Assembly (NCBI GenBank): GCA_049584935.1
Contig: JBAUYT010000090.1
Coordinates: 147 to 64,146 of the forward strand
Direction of reading: 5' to 3'
Source: Steroidobacteraceae bacterium
GTDB lineage: Bacteria > Pseudomonadota > Gammaproteobacteria > Steroidobacterales > Steroidobacteraceae
DNA: 64,000 nucleotides
Positions 1-10,279 of the stretch are shown here, one piece after another (within the stretch, counting starts at the first letter, position 1; every line of letters starts with the position of its first letter). The position numbers and the translations under genes were made by a program. The notes below the pieces were generated by a model. It had not been told where the DNA came from, made no database searches, and saw nothing but the letters and a program-made list of their open reading frames with translations.

Positions 1-1
1 C

Positions 2-853
2 TGGCAGGCCGCCGATGAGCTCGGTGTCACCCGCAGCGCCGTCAGCCACCGCCTGGGCCTGCTGGAACGGATCCTGGGCTTCACACTCGTCAGGCGCTCC
101 GGCAAAGGGGTCACTCTCAGCGAGCGAGGCCAGCACTACGTGCAGGAAGTGCGGCGCTCGCTCGAGCTGCTGGTCGATGCGCAGCAGGAGGGCAGCGGAT
201 CGCCGGTCGAAGGCGTCCTGCGCATATCGAGCACGCCGGGTTTCGCATCGATGTGGCTGTGCAATCACATCGCTTCACTCTGCGCGGAACATCCTGAGCT
301 GCGGATCGAGATCGTCACTCGCACCGATCTCGCCGATGTTGATGCAACGGAGGTCGACTTGTTCATCGCATTCGGAGGCGGTCACTGGCCCGCTCACATC
401 GTTCGTCACCTGTATGACGTGGATTTCCAGCCCATGTGCAGCCCTGCCCTGCTCAGCATGCACGGAGGATTGAACAAGGCAGCCGACGTCCTGGAGTCCC
501 GCCTGTTGCACCTTCGGGCGTGGGACGACTGGATGCAATGGCTGAACCTCAATGGCGTGACGCTGCCGGCAGGCACGGCCGGCATCACCTTCTCCGACAT
601 GATGCTGGTGCAGCGCGCCGCAATCGCCGGCCAGGGCATCATGATGGGGGACGAGATCACCTGTGCCGGTGCGCTGGCGTCTGGCCAGCTCGTCTCGCCC
701 TTCAGCGTCCGGCTAAGATCGCCGAACGGCTATTACCTGCTCAGGAACCGGCGCAAGCGGGCCACTCCGGCGGTCCTGGCCTTCACCCGCTGGCTCACCG
801 ACTTGATCAGCAGGACTCTCATCGTGCTCAAGGGCGGTCGCATGGCGGCATGA
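2..853 (+). CDS. LysR-family transcriptional regulator, 5' end cut by window edge
   Basis: Frame 2 reads WQAADELGVTRSAVSHRLGLLE (LysR HTH recognition helix). It is continuous with the 140..853 ORF, whose remainder looks like a LysR effector-binding domain. Confidence 0.8.
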   Translation, partial: WQAADELGVTRSAVSHRLGLLERILGFTLVRRSGKGVTLSERGQHYVQEVRRSLELLVDAQQEGSGSPVEGVLRISSTPGFASMWLCNHIASLCAEHPELRIEIVTRTDLADVDATEVDLFIAFGGGHWPAHIVRHLYDVDFQPMCSPALLSMHGGLNKAADVLESRLLHLRAWDDWMQWLNLNGVTLPAGTAGITFSDMMLVQRAAIAGQGIMMGDEITCAGALASGQLVSPFSVRLRSPNGYYLLRNRRKRATPAVLAFTRWLTDLISRTLIVLKGGRMAA

Positions 854-927
854 TCCATCGATCACCGCCCCGACCCGATCAATGCTGAAAATGACTCTCA
901 ACGCTCCATTCCAGAGGTTACCGACCC

Positions 928-1353
928 ATGAACATCAATGGAAATACAAAGGTGCTGTTTGTCGCAGGTTTTGGTCCAATTGTTCGCGAGACCACCACGA
1001 GTCGCACACTCTATGCCGAGGCTCTCGGCATTGCCTTCAAAGAGGAAAGCGGCGGGTACCTTCATACCGAAGCGCTTCAAGGCGTCAAGACCTTCGCCCT
1101 GTGGCCACTGGCCCAGGCGGCGCGCTCCTGTTTTGGTGATGAGTCGTGGCCTGAACAAATCCCTGTCCCACAGGCATGGTTGGAATTTGATGTGGAGAGC
1201 GTAGAGAACGCAACGGCAGATCTCGAATCGCAGGGGTATCGAATTCTTGTCAAGAACAAGAAGGAGCCCTGGGGCCAGACTGTCTCGCGTCTGCTCTCTC
1301 CCGAGGGATTACTGGTCGGCATCACATTCACCCCTTCGATGCGGAAGGAATAG
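928..1353 (+). CDS. VOC/glyoxalase-like small protein
   Basis: 141-aa ORF with the size and beta-alpha-beta-beta-beta style sequence of the vicinal oxygen chelate superfamily. Family call is by general resemblance only. Confidence 0.5.
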   Translation: MNINGNTKVLFVAGFGPIVRETTTSRTLYAEALGIAFKEESGGYLHTEALQGVKTFALWPLAQAARSCFGDESWPEQIPVPQAWLEFDVESVENATADLESQGYRILVKNKKEPWGQTVSRLLSPEGLLVGITFTPSMRKE

Positions 1354-1420
1354 AAAGGATGGGTGTGCGTCATGCGTGCACGGGCTCACATGGGGAAGCT
1401 CGCGCTAGCGACGCTACGCC

Positions 1421-1936
1421 CTATGGCCTCGCCATCAATACCGCCTTGCCGTCCTGGACCGGTATCGACCAGTGCTCCAGCACGATCAGCCACTTGCCGC
1501 CGATCTTGCGATAGCCATCGGTTACGCTCATCAACTGTTCGCCTTTCGAGCCGTCGCTTTTTCTGGTCCACACCAGATGCTCCAGGTTGTGACTGAAAGC
1601 GGCATTTCCTTCCACGGTGACGCCTAGATCCTCGACCTCGGCTTTCACGGCCGTTGCCGAGTCCAGAAACAGTTTCCAGTCCGCCCGGTAAGCTTCCCAA
1701 CCGCTATGCTGGCGCGGAAGATCGGAGTCGAACACGAATAGTTCGGTGCCGGGAACGCATTGCTTCATGACAGCGTCAAGGTCCCGAGCGGAAACCGCCG
1801 TGGCCAGGCGCGCCTGCAGCGCCCGAATAGCCTGCTCATCGTTGGACTGGCTCCCGGCAGCCGAGGCGACGTCCGTCGCAGCTGCAGCCACAAGCGCCGC
1901 CCATAGTCCCGCAAGAGCCCAGACACTCGTTCTCAT
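1421..1936 (-). CDS. SnoaL/NTF2-like (DUF4440-like) protein with N-terminal signal peptide
   Basis: 171 aa. The hydrophobic N-terminus ends AAATDVASAAG. The ...EQAIRALQARLATAVSARDLDAVM... pattern is typical of NTF2-like/SnoaL domains. Confidence 0.55.
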   Translation of the reverse strand: MRTSVWALAGLWAALVAAAATDVASAAGSQSNDEQAIRALQARLATAVSARDLDAVMKQCVPGTELFVFDSDLPRQHSGWEAYRADWKLFLDSATAVKAEVEDLGVTVEGNAAFSHNLEHLVWTRKSDGSKGEQLMSVTDGYRKIGGKWLIVLEHWSIPVQDGKAVLMARP

Positions 1937-2052
1937 CGTAACCTTCCTTCAAACGCCACTGCCTTGAACCATAGGAATAAATGGTGAAACATGCAGCGGA
2001 TGGCGCCAATAGCCACTTTATCCAAACTCCATATGACCACTCTGGAGCGACT

Positions 2053-3624
2053 ATGAATCGGCCTCGGGCAGCCGTTCCTCCACAGATTTCGCTTGATGCG
2101 GGCTCGAACAGCCCGATTTACCGACAGCTCTACGATTGGTTTCAGCAAGCCATTCTGGAAGGACGGCTGCGGGCGGGACAGCGCCTGCCTTCCACCCGAG
2201 CGCTCGCAGCTGAATTGAAGGTATCGCGCATCCCAGTTCTGGCCGCCTACGAGCAACTGCAGGCCGAGGGTTATCTGGAATCCTTTGTCGGTGCTGGTAC
2301 CTGCGTCGCGCGTTCCATACCCGCAGGCGTGTCTAGGCCAGTGAGCAAAACACCCGCTGGCGCGAGCCGTCGGAATAGCCCGCGCAGGATTTCACGCAAC
2401 GTCGAGTGCGCGCTGTCGAGCCCCCTTTTTCCCGACACCCGCATCCTCGGCGCTTTCCGCGCCTGCGTTCCGGCCCTGGATCTCTTTCCGACCGGTATCT
2501 GGTCTGCGCTGCTCGCCCGCCACGCGCGCCGTGCCGACACCGAATTGATGACCTACGGTGATCCGATGGGGTATGCACCCTTCCGTGCGACGATCGCGGA
2601 GCACTTGGGCTCGGTACGGGCCGTGCGTTGCGATGCCTCGCAGATCATGGTCACTGCGGGATCCCAGCACGGCCTCCAAATAGCGACCCGCACGCTCATC
2701 GAAGCGCATGACGCTGTATGGCTGGAGGATCCCGGATATCCGAGAGCGCGTCGAACCCTGCTGATGGCCGGCGCCAGGCCTGTTCCGGTACCCGTCGACC
2801 GCGACGGTCTGGACGTCGATACAGGCATCCGCCGCTATCCGGACGCCAGAGCGGCCTTTATTACGCCCTCGCACCAATACCCGACGGGCGTCACCATGAG
2901 CGCCACCCGCCGCATGCTGCTCCTCGATTGGGCATCCCGCGCAGGTTCGTGGATCATTGAGGATGACTACGACAGTGAGTACCGATTCGACAGTCGACCG
3001 GTCGCATCGTTGCAAGGATTGGATTCGGACGACCGGGTCATCTATATCGGAACCCTCAGTAAGGTCCTGTTTCCGGCACTGCGAGTGGGATATATGGTCA
3101 TCCCCAAGGACCTCCTGGGTGCCTTTCGCGCCGCGCGCGAGACGACGGACATGTTTTCTTCGACGCTCCTGCAGGCAGTGCTGACCGATTTCATACGCCA
3201 GGGCCATTTTGCCCGCCACATTCGTCGGATGCGCATGCTCTACACGGCGCGGTGCGAGGCGTTGACTTCGGCCCTCCGCAGCCACTCTGACGGGTACCTG
3301 CAGATCATCAGCGAGGGCGCAGGAATGCACCTGACGGTACTGCTGCCCGCTGGCATTGACGATGTCGCCATCTCACGCCAAGCCGCCGAAATCGGTATAT
3401 GTGCCAACCCCCTGTCCACCTGCTGTCTGCAGCGGCCAAATAGGGGGGGCCTTATTCTCGGGTACGGCGGCACGGACACGGCTGCGATTGAGCGGTCCGT
3501 CCAGCAACTGACCGCTATCGTGCGGGGCGCAATGTCCTTACCGACGCGGCGCGCAAGCGCGCTCGGTAGCAAGGAGCGCCGGCGCCTTGCTGCCGTTCAT
3601 AGCGCCGAGCGGCCTCCGCATTAG
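2053..3624 (+). CDS. MocR/PdxR-type regulator (GntR HTH fused to a PLP aminotransferase-like domain)
   Basis: N-terminus SPIYRQLYDWFQQAILEGRLRAGQRLPSTRALAAELKVSRIPV is a GntR wHTH. The long C-terminal part has fold-type I aminotransferase blocks (YGDPMGY, IIEDDYDSEYRF, YIGTLSKVL). ATG 2053 is preceded by GGAG. The upstream part of ORF 1981 is probably not translated. Confidence 0.85.
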   Translation: MNRPRAAVPPQISLDAGSNSPIYRQLYDWFQQAILEGRLRAGQRLPSTRALAAELKVSRIPVLAAYEQLQAEGYLESFVGAGTCVARSIPAGVSRPVSKTPAGASRRNSPRRISRNVECALSSPLFPDTRILGAFRACVPALDLFPTGIWSALLARHARRADTELMTYGDPMGYAPFRATIAEHLGSVRAVRCDASQIMVTAGSQHGLQIATRTLIEAHDAVWLEDPGYPRARRTLLMAGARPVPVPVDRDGLDVDTGIRRYPDARAAFITPSHQYPTGVTMSATRRMLLLDWASRAGSWIIEDDYDSEYRFDSRPVASLQGLDSDDRVIYIGTLSKVLFPALRVGYMVIPKDLLGAFRAARETTDMFSSTLLQAVLTDFIRQGHFARHIRRMRMLYTARCEALTSALRSHSDGYLQIISEGAGMHLTVLLPAGIDDVAISRQAAEIGICANPLSTCCLQRPNRGGLILGYGGTDTAAIERSVQQLTAIVRGAMSLPTRRASALGSKERRRLAAVHSAERPPH

Positions 3625-5096
3625 GATTTCAATTCGAAGTTGCAATCCTGCAACGGCATCAGCTGCGTTTTATTGGCGAGCTTGTGGCCAAAGTAGAGGA
3701 CGATAAATACGGGAATCATCACGTAGCCGGTCACGAAATCGAACCACGAAAATACCGGGGTCTGGAACACGCCAATGTTGGCGCCGAACAGCACCACCAG
3801 GAACAGGACCACGGCCAGCCACGGCCCGTACGGAAAGAACCGGGACTTGAATTTGAGCTCATTGATGCTGCGGCCCTGCGCCACCCACGCCTTGCGGAAG
3901 CGCAGGTGGCAGATGGCGATGCCGAGCCAGATCAGAAAGCCGCTTAAGGAGGAGGCATTGTACAGCCCCTGGTAGATCTTCTGATCGCCAATCATGGTGG
4001 AAAAGAATGTGATGGCACCGATCAGTCCCGTGGCCAGAATCGCCAGCACCGGCACACCACGACGGTTGAGTCTGCCGAACAGCGGCGGCGCCTTGCGGCT
4101 GTGAGCCATGGCGTAAAGCATTCGTGATGCCACGTACATCGAGGAATTGCCGCAGGAGAGCACCGAGGTCAGGATGACCGCGTTCATGATGTTGGCTGCA
4201 TAGAAGCCGAACCGCGGCACATGCTGGAACACCATCGTGAAAGGCGAATAGACCACGTGGCTTTCATCCCCATGGAGCAGGTTCGGATCGGTGTAGCTCA
4301 CCACCGTCCCGACCACGAAGATGGCCCCCACATAGAACAGCAGGATGCGCCAGAACACGCTCCGGATTGCCTTGGGCACGCTCTTCACCGGATCGCTGGT
4401 CTCCGCGGCCGCCAGGCCCACGCCTTCCGTGCCCTGAAAGGAAAAGCCCGCCACCAGGAACACGGCGATGACAGCCATGGATCCGCCGACGAAGGGCGCG
4501 TGGGTGCCGGTGGCCGGGTCACTGATCGTCCAGTTGTGAAAACCGATGCTGTCGTCACCAATGATGCCGGTGATCATCAGCGCGCCCGCCACCAGGAAGA
4601 TGATGACGGTGACGACCTTGATGCCCGCGAACCAGTACTCCGCTTCGGCATAGACCTTGACCGATAGCAGATTCAGCGCCAGCAGCAGCGCAAAAAAAGC
4701 CGCGGCCCAGAGTGCGGAATTGGAGTGCGGAAACCAGAACTGCACAATCAGGGCGCCGGCGACCAGCTCGGCTGCCAGCGTGATGGCCCAGCTGAACCAG
4801 TAATTCCAGCCCACGGCAAACCCCAGCGAAGGATCGACGAAGCGCTCCGCGTAGGCCTCAAAAGAACCCGCGATCGGCAGCTGCGTGGCCATCTCGCCCA
4901 GTGACTGCATCATGCAATAGACCGCCAGTCCCATGATGCAGTAGGCCAGCAGCGCACCCCCAGGACCCGCCTGGGCGATGGCGCTGCCGCTGGCGAAGAA
5001 CAGGCCGGTACCGATCGCGCCGCCAACGGCGATCATGCTCAGCTGACGGGTACCGATTTCGTGTCGGAGCGAGCCCGACTCGATAGCTGTCGTCAT
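3621..5096 (-). CDS. APC-superfamily amino acid permease (LysP/AroP-like)
   Basis: 491 aa and multi-TM. The N-terminal block RHEIGTRQLSMIAVGGAIGTGLFFASG is the classical amino acid permease signature region. Confidence 0.9.
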   Translation of the reverse strand: MTTAIESGSLRHEIGTRQLSMIAVGGAIGTGLFFASGSAIAQAGPGGALLAYCIMGLAVYCMMQSLGEMATQLPIAGSFEAYAERFVDPSLGFAVGWNYWFSWAITLAAELVAGALIVQFWFPHSNSALWAAAFFALLLALNLLSVKVYAEAEYWFAGIKVVTVIIFLVAGALMITGIIGDDSIGFHNWTISDPATGTHAPFVGGSMAVIAVFLVAGFSFQGTEGVGLAAAETSDPVKSVPKAIRSVFWRILLFYVGAIFVVGTVVSYTDPNLLHGDESHVVYSPFTMVFQHVPRFGFYAANIMNAVILTSVLSCGNSSMYVASRMLYAMAHSRKAPPLFGRLNRRGVPVLAILATGLIGAITFFSTMIGDQKIYQGLYNASSLSGFLIWLGIAICHLRFRKAWVAQGRSINELKFKSRFFPYGPWLAVVLFLVVLFGANIGVFQTPVFSWFDFVTGYVMIPVFIVLYFGHKLANKTQLMPLQDCNFELKS

Positions 5097-5251
5097 CGAA
5101 CACCCGCGGCGCGAGCGCAGTCAGTGGTCACCAGGTCAGTCCAAGCAGCATCTGTCAAACCTTTCCCCCGGTCGAAAGTTAACCGAAGATCAAGGCGTGG
5201 CGCCAGTTCCAGGCCCAAAGCGCTGCTTCCTTGAAGTTTGTCAGATCTACG

Positions 5252-5263
5252 TATAACGTTACA
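5252..5263. promoter_or_regulatory. Class-A LacI-type operator candidate (TATAACGTTACA, 1 mismatch to TGTAACGTTACA)
   Basis: Near-palindrome centred on CG, 97 bp upstream of the MFS gene start at 5360. It belongs to a motif seen six times in promoter regions of this window. Confidence 0.5.
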
Positions 5264-5359
5264 TTTAGATTCGACTTTGCCGCCGGTTGCTGTGCTCCCC
5301 ATATGGCGGCCGCAGCCATTCGAGGAGCTATGCTCCGGCTGTCCAAATGAGCACGCTGT

Positions 5360-6520
5360 GTGAAGCAGATCAAAACCATCACCGCGATGAGCGCCTACGC
5401 CATGGCCGGCAACACACCGCTGGTGGTGCAGCCCATGATCGTCGGGGCGCTGGTCGATCTGCGCGGATTCACCGAGCGACAGGCCGGCATTGTTGCAGCT
5501 GTTGAACTCACCGGGCTTACGCTTGGCATCCTCTGCCTGATCGGCGCAGTCGGCCGAGTCAGGCGCTCGAGCTTCGCACTGCTGGCCGTAAGCGCCATTG
5601 TCGCGGCAAACGTAGCGACCTGCTTCGTCAGCCAGTTCCATTGGCTCCTGCCACTGCGATTTCTATCGGGGATCGGCGCCGCGTCCGCTTTCTGCATCTC
5701 CTCGAGTCTGGCCTCCTCGAGTTCCAAGCCGGAGAACAGCTTCGCGATCATGAATGCCATCTGTATCGCCTACTCGGGTGTTTTGACGTTGCTATCTGCC
5801 TCAATCCTGCAGCTCCACGGCCTCCCCGGCATCATGCTGACCCTCTCGTTCATCACGCTGCTGGCGCTGCTGGTGATCCCCTGGATTCCTTCCCAGATGA
5901 TCGGCACCAGGCCATCGGGTGTGGCCAGCGCCAGGGCTAAGGTGCCGTGGGCGATACCCTTGCCGGTTTTGGCGCTGCTGGGCATGATGCTGTTGATCTA
6001 CACCGGACACGGCGCCATCTGGGCCTTCCAGGAAAGAATCGGCATCGCGGCCGGGCTCACCGAGCATGCGGTGGGCAAGTCACTCGGTATGTCGATGCTG
6101 CTGTGGGGTGTGGGTGGATCATTGCTCGCACGGCTACTGAGTCTGTCCCTGGGACGCATCGTGCCGCAGGTGATTTCTCTGGGCGCATCCTGCATCGCCG
6201 TGTTACTACTCGTTTTCGGTACCACGCCAGTCGCCTTCGCAACCTCCTCGGGGTTGATCGCACTGTCCTGGTTCTATGGCCTGCCCTACCAAATGGGTCT
6301 CCTGGCGGCGCATGATCCCAAGGGGCGCGCCGCCCTGGCCGGCACGATGATGTCGACGGCCGGCATGGCTGCGGGGCCAGGCATTGCGGCATTCCTGCTG
6401 GTGGGACACGACCACGGGCCGATCGGTGTGTTCGCGGGCATCTGCTACCTGTGCGCGCTCGCCATTGCCTTGCCCTCGGCCCGCAGCGTCGTGCGCATGG
6501 CGAGTCTGCGCGCCGCCTAG
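5360..6520 (+). CDS. MFS transporter, paralog of 31730..32890
   Basis: 386 aa with about 12 hydrophobic segments. It aligns from the first residues with the MFS at 31730..32890 (VQPMIVGALVD.. versus VQPIIVGALVD..), which supports the GTG start at 5360. Confidence 0.8.
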   Translation: MKQIKTITAMSAYAMAGNTPLVVQPMIVGALVDLRGFTERQAGIVAAVELTGLTLGILCLIGAVGRVRRSSFALLAVSAIVAANVATCFVSQFHWLLPLRFLSGIGAASAFCISSSLASSSSKPENSFAIMNAICIAYSGVLTLLSASILQLHGLPGIMLTLSFITLLALLVIPWIPSQMIGTRPSGVASARAKVPWAIPLPVLALLGMMLLIYTGHGAIWAFQERIGIAAGLTEHAVGKSLGMSMLLWGVGGSLLARLLSLSLGRIVPQVISLGASCIAVLLLVFGTTPVAFATSSGLIALSWFYGLPYQMGLLAAHDPKGRAALAGTMMSTAGMAAGPGIAAFLLVGHDHGPIGVFAGICYLCALAIALPSARSVVRMASLRAA

Positions 6521-6540
6521 GCCCCGCTGTCCGACCTTGA

Positions 6541-7629
6541 TCAGCGGGCGGTGGATTCGCCGATCTGCAGCCGCACGGGCAATACCAAGCGGCGCTTGGC
6601 GAACTCACCATTCTGAAGACGGCCAATCAGCAGTTCGCCGGCATGACGGCCCATTTCATAGGCGGGCGATACCACCGTTGTCAGGGTCGGTGTGGTGAAG
6701 CGCCACACGTCAAACCCGTTGAAGCCTGCGACCATGAGATCCTTGGGCACCCGCCGCCCGGAGAGCTCACAACTCTTCAGGGCAGCGACGGCCATGGAGT
6801 CGGTTGCCCCGACAATGGCATCCGGCGTGCCTTTGGCGAGACAGTCCATCATGACCCGCTGGACATCGTCGAAGCGCTCAGATGCGGCACTCAGCGTCTG
6901 CACCTCGATCGCGGTGCTTGCATGCCCCAGAATGTTCCGCAGCCCGCGTTCGCGCTGTTCGAGCGCGCACCAGTCCAGGGCTGGTCGAACGAAAATCACC
7001 GAGCGGACCTTCTTGCTGAGCAGGTGCTCGCCGAGTTGCATGCCGCCGGAGAGATCATCCTGGCTGATGATTGCGACATTGGGTGCAGGCGACTTGAACA
7101 CTTCCTGAAACACGACAATCGGTTGGCCCAGGCGCTGCAAATTGGCCATATGATCTCGCCGCAGGCTCCGCGGCCCACACAGGATCGCGCACAGCGCCGC
7201 GTTACCCAATTTGGCGAGAATGGTGGCATCGCTGAAACGTTCCGGAGTCACACCCTGTACATCGAGCGTGTAGTCCAGATTGCTCAGATAGTTGCTCAGG
7301 CCGCTCACCAGCCGTGAGATGAACGGATCGTTCAGGAAGGCCGGATCGCTATCGGCGATCACGATGCCAACGGAAGATTCCTCCGACAGGCGCAAACTGC
7401 GCGCACTGCGGTTTGGCCGGTAGTTCAGCAGTGCGATCGCCTGCTCCACTCGTTTCTTGGTCTTGGCCCTGACGGGCTTGCCACGAACGAAGTTCGAGAC
7501 GGTCATCACGGAGACGCCGGCCTTGCGGGCGACATCATTCAGCGTGGCGCGCGCAGGCTTTAGTCCTGCACCAGGCTGGCGCCTGCGTGTGCTCATGCCC
7601 GCTTCCAATTCAGCAACCCGCGAGGCCAT
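6541..7629 (-). CDS. LacI-family transcriptional regulator (LacI-1)
   Basis: N-terminal HTH ATLNDVARKAGVSVMTVSNFVRG is followed by a periplasmic-binding-protein-like sugar-binding domain. It is the last gene of the TonB-receptor operon. The start could also be ATG 7596. Confidence 0.9.
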   Translation of the reverse strand: MASRVAELEAGMSTRRRQPGAGLKPARATLNDVARKAGVSVMTVSNFVRGKPVRAKTKKRVEQAIALLNYRPNRSARSLRLSEESSVGIVIADSDPAFLNDPFISRLVSGLSNYLSNLDYTLDVQGVTPERFSDATILAKLGNAALCAILCGPRSLRRDHMANLQRLGQPIVVFQEVFKSPAPNVAIISQDDLSGGMQLGEHLLSKKVRSVIFVRPALDWCALEQRERGLRNILGHASTAIEVQTLSAASERFDDVQRVMMDCLAKGTPDAIVGATDSMAVAALKSCELSGRRVPKDLMVAGFNGFDVWRFTTPTLTTVVSPAYEMGRHAGELLIGRLQNGEFAKRRLVLPVRLQIGESTAR

Positions 7630-7641
7630 TCAGGCATGGAT

Positions 7642-8433
7642 CTAATCGATCTGCGTAGCGGTGACCGCGCCGTCGATCGTCAGCTCGATGCCGGAGATGT
7701 AGGCGGCTTCCTCCGAGGCCAGGAACAGCACACCTGCGGCGATGTCCTGCGGGCTGCCGAGACGGCGCAGAGGCATCCGCTGAACGAGATCGGCACGAGC
7801 CTGTGCGGGGTCGGGCATGGCATCGAGCACGCGGTCCATGATCGGCGTGTCGATGTAGCCCGGACAGATGCAATTGACTCGAATACCGCTGCTCGCGCCG
7901 TCCTTGGCGAGACAGCGTGACAGCATTATCAGCGCCGCCTTGGTGGAGCAGTACGCCGGTGCGCCGACCCCGCCGACCTGCCCCATCACCGATCCCATGT
8001 TGACGATGTTGCCCGAGCCAGCGGCCTGAAGCGCCGTCCAGGCGGCCTTGCTCATCAGATAGGCGCCGCGAAGGTTGATATTGAAAACGCGCTCCCAATC
8101 GGACAATTCTAGTTCCGCAATGCGCTTGTTCATGTTGATGCCGGCATTGTTCACCAGGACATCGATTCGACCGGCCTCGCTCTGGATGCGCTCAATGCTG
8201 CGCGTGATGTCCGTAGGCATGGAGACGTCCGCAACGATGGCCGTGAAGCGGGTGCCGGCTGCGAGCAGCGCCTGCTCAGTCGCCCGCAGCCCCGCTGCGT
8301 CGACATCCAGCCCAAAGACGCTCGCCCCCTCGTGCGCAAACGCGGTCGCGATACCCTGGCCGATGCCATGGGCTGCGCCGGTCACAATGACTACCTTGCC
8401 ATCAAAGCGATTCGCACGCGTGGATCGCGCCAT
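7642..8433 (-). CDS. Short-chain dehydrogenase/reductase (SDR)
   Basis: Contains the TGAAHGIGQG cofactor motif, NNAG, and the catalytic YCSTK (YxxxK). Confidence 0.9.
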   Translation of the reverse strand: MARSTRANRFDGKVVIVTGAAHGIGQGIATAFAHEGASVFGLDVDAAGLRATEQALLAAGTRFTAIVADVSMPTDITRSIERIQSEAGRIDVLVNNAGINMNKRIAELELSDWERVFNINLRGAYLMSKAAWTALQAAGSGNIVNMGSVMGQVGGVGAPAYCSTKAALIMLSRCLAKDGASSGIRVNCICPGYIDTPIMDRVLDAMPDPAQARADLVQRMPLRRLGSPQDIAAGVLFLASEEAAYISGIELTIDGAVTATQID

Positions 8434-8439
8434 GGCCTG

Positions 8440-10176
8440 CTACTTGGAGGGAAACACGAGATCGGAAAATACAAACATCATGCCTAGGATACCCACCACG
8501 AACCCCGCAGACCATAGGATCACGCTGTCGAGCCTGCCGAGGGTTCCCAGTCCCTCTCGCAGTAGCGCGGCCTTGTCCCACAGCGTGACGGAGGCGGGTT
8601 GAGGTAGTCCCTGCCCGCGCCGCCACCGGCTGCCGAGCAGGCATAGTGCCATCGAGGCCGTCCAGGTGATGGCCGCCTGGTTGGCGAAGGGATAGAACCA
8701 TCCGGGCATCGGCAGGAACACACCAGAGAGCTTGAGTGCAACGCCGAGTGCGAATCCGCCGACGATGGCGGTCATCGCTCCAGTGGCATTGACGTAGCGC
8801 GTAAGCAAACCCAGCACGAAGATCGCCGCGAACGGAGGGGCGAAGAACGCATTGAGTGTCTGCATGTACTGAAAGATGCTGCCGCCGGAGGTACTGAGCC
8901 AAATCGCGATCACGATGCCCAAGACGATGGTCGCGATCGAAGCCCATACGCCGCAGTTCACCTTCTGCCGATCAGTCGCCTGCGGCCGAAACAACGGCAC
9001 ATAGATGTCGATCGTCAGAATGGTGGCGGTCGAGTTTACCACCGAGGTTATGGTCGCCTGCACCGCGCTGAACAGCGCGGCCAGCAGCAGGCCGCGCATG
9101 CCCACCGGCAACAAGTCTTTCACCAGAACGATGTAGCCCTGATCCGCCTGGTGCTGCGCATCGAGCCAGTCGCCGAGCAGGTACTCGGGATGCAGCGCGA
9201 ACAGAATCAGTCCTGGCAACACCGTAATCAGGGGCAGCAGCAGCTTGACGTAGCCTGCGAACACCACTGCCATGCGCGCGTCCCAGATGCTGCGCGATCC
9301 GAAGATGCGTTGGATGATGAACTGGTTGAGCACGTTGTACCAGATGCTCACGGACATGATCAGGAAGAACTGACCCGTCCACGGCGTCAGCGGATGATCC
9401 GGCCTTTGAACTACGGACAGGCGGTTGTAGCTATCAGCCGCCGTGAGGTGGGGACGGATATGCTCGAGCGCCTGGTGCCACACGCCTGAGAGCGCGCGAT
9501 TGCGCTCGATCACTATGTGGAACCCATGAACGATGTTGCCATCGCCACTGACCGCGAGTAGTCCCAGTACGGTGACGGCCGAGGCGCCGGCAAACTTGAC
9601 GACGGCGGTGAATGCGCCAGTCCACGCAACTGACGACAGGCCCCCATAGACCGCCCAGGTACCCGCGAACACGGCTGTCAATATGATGCAGGCAGGCATC
9701 GGCCAGCCGAAGAAGCCGTGCAACGCAAGGCCACCGGTATACAGCACCGCAGCCATGAAGATGACCACGTTGGCGATGACCGTTACGAAGGCGAAGGTCT
9801 GACGCACCGCCGGGCCGTAACGCTGGGCCAGAAATTCCGGGATGGTCACCACCTTCGAAGCCAGCAGAAACGGTACAAAAACGTAGATCATGAACAGGAA
9901 TGTAAAGACGTTCAACCACTCGTAGAGGGCGGGACATACCCCCAGGAGATATGCCGCGCCCACCATGCCGATGAACTGCTCGGTGCTGATGTTTGCCGCA
10001 ATGTAGCTGGCACCGACCACATACCATCGAAGTCTGCGACCGGCCAGAAAATAGTCTGCCGAGGAGGCACGTTCACCGCGTCCAGCAAGAAATCCAACCA
10101 GCGACAGCGCCGCGACGAATAGGAAGAACTCGACATAGTCGAGCATGCTGAGCGAAAGTTGGCTGACTGCTGACAA
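8440..10176 (-). CDS. Sodium:solute symporter (SSS/SGLT family)
   Basis: 578 aa and multi-TM. The N-terminal YFLAGRRLRWYVVGASYIAANISTEQFIGMVG block is typical of SSS transporters. Confidence 0.85.
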   Translation of the reverse strand: MSAVSQLSLSMLDYVEFFLFVAALSLVGFLAGRGERASSADYFLAGRRLRWYVVGASYIAANISTEQFIGMVGAAYLLGVCPALYEWLNVFTFLFMIYVFVPFLLASKVVTIPEFLAQRYGPAVRQTFAFVTVIANVVIFMAAVLYTGGLALHGFFGWPMPACIILTAVFAGTWAVYGGLSSVAWTGAFTAVVKFAGASAVTVLGLLAVSGDGNIVHGFHIVIERNRALSGVWHQALEHIRPHLTAADSYNRLSVVQRPDHPLTPWTGQFFLIMSVSIWYNVLNQFIIQRIFGSRSIWDARMAVVFAGYVKLLLPLITVLPGLILFALHPEYLLGDWLDAQHQADQGYIVLVKDLLPVGMRGLLLAALFSAVQATITSVVNSTATILTIDIYVPLFRPQATDRQKVNCGVWASIATIVLGIVIAIWLSTSGGSIFQYMQTLNAFFAPPFAAIFVLGLLTRYVNATGAMTAIVGGFALGVALKLSGVFLPMPGWFYPFANQAAITWTASMALCLLGSRWRRGQGLPQPASVTLWDKAALLREGLGTLGRLDSVILWSAGFVVGILGMMFVFSDLVFPSK

Positions 10177-10279
10177 AACGCTCTCCTGCCGAGTAGGCCT
10201 GGTGGTGGACGGAGGTTCCGCTCAACCGTTGCGGCGCGAATGCAATTGTTTGCTCAGCGCGGCCCGCACCGAGCGGACA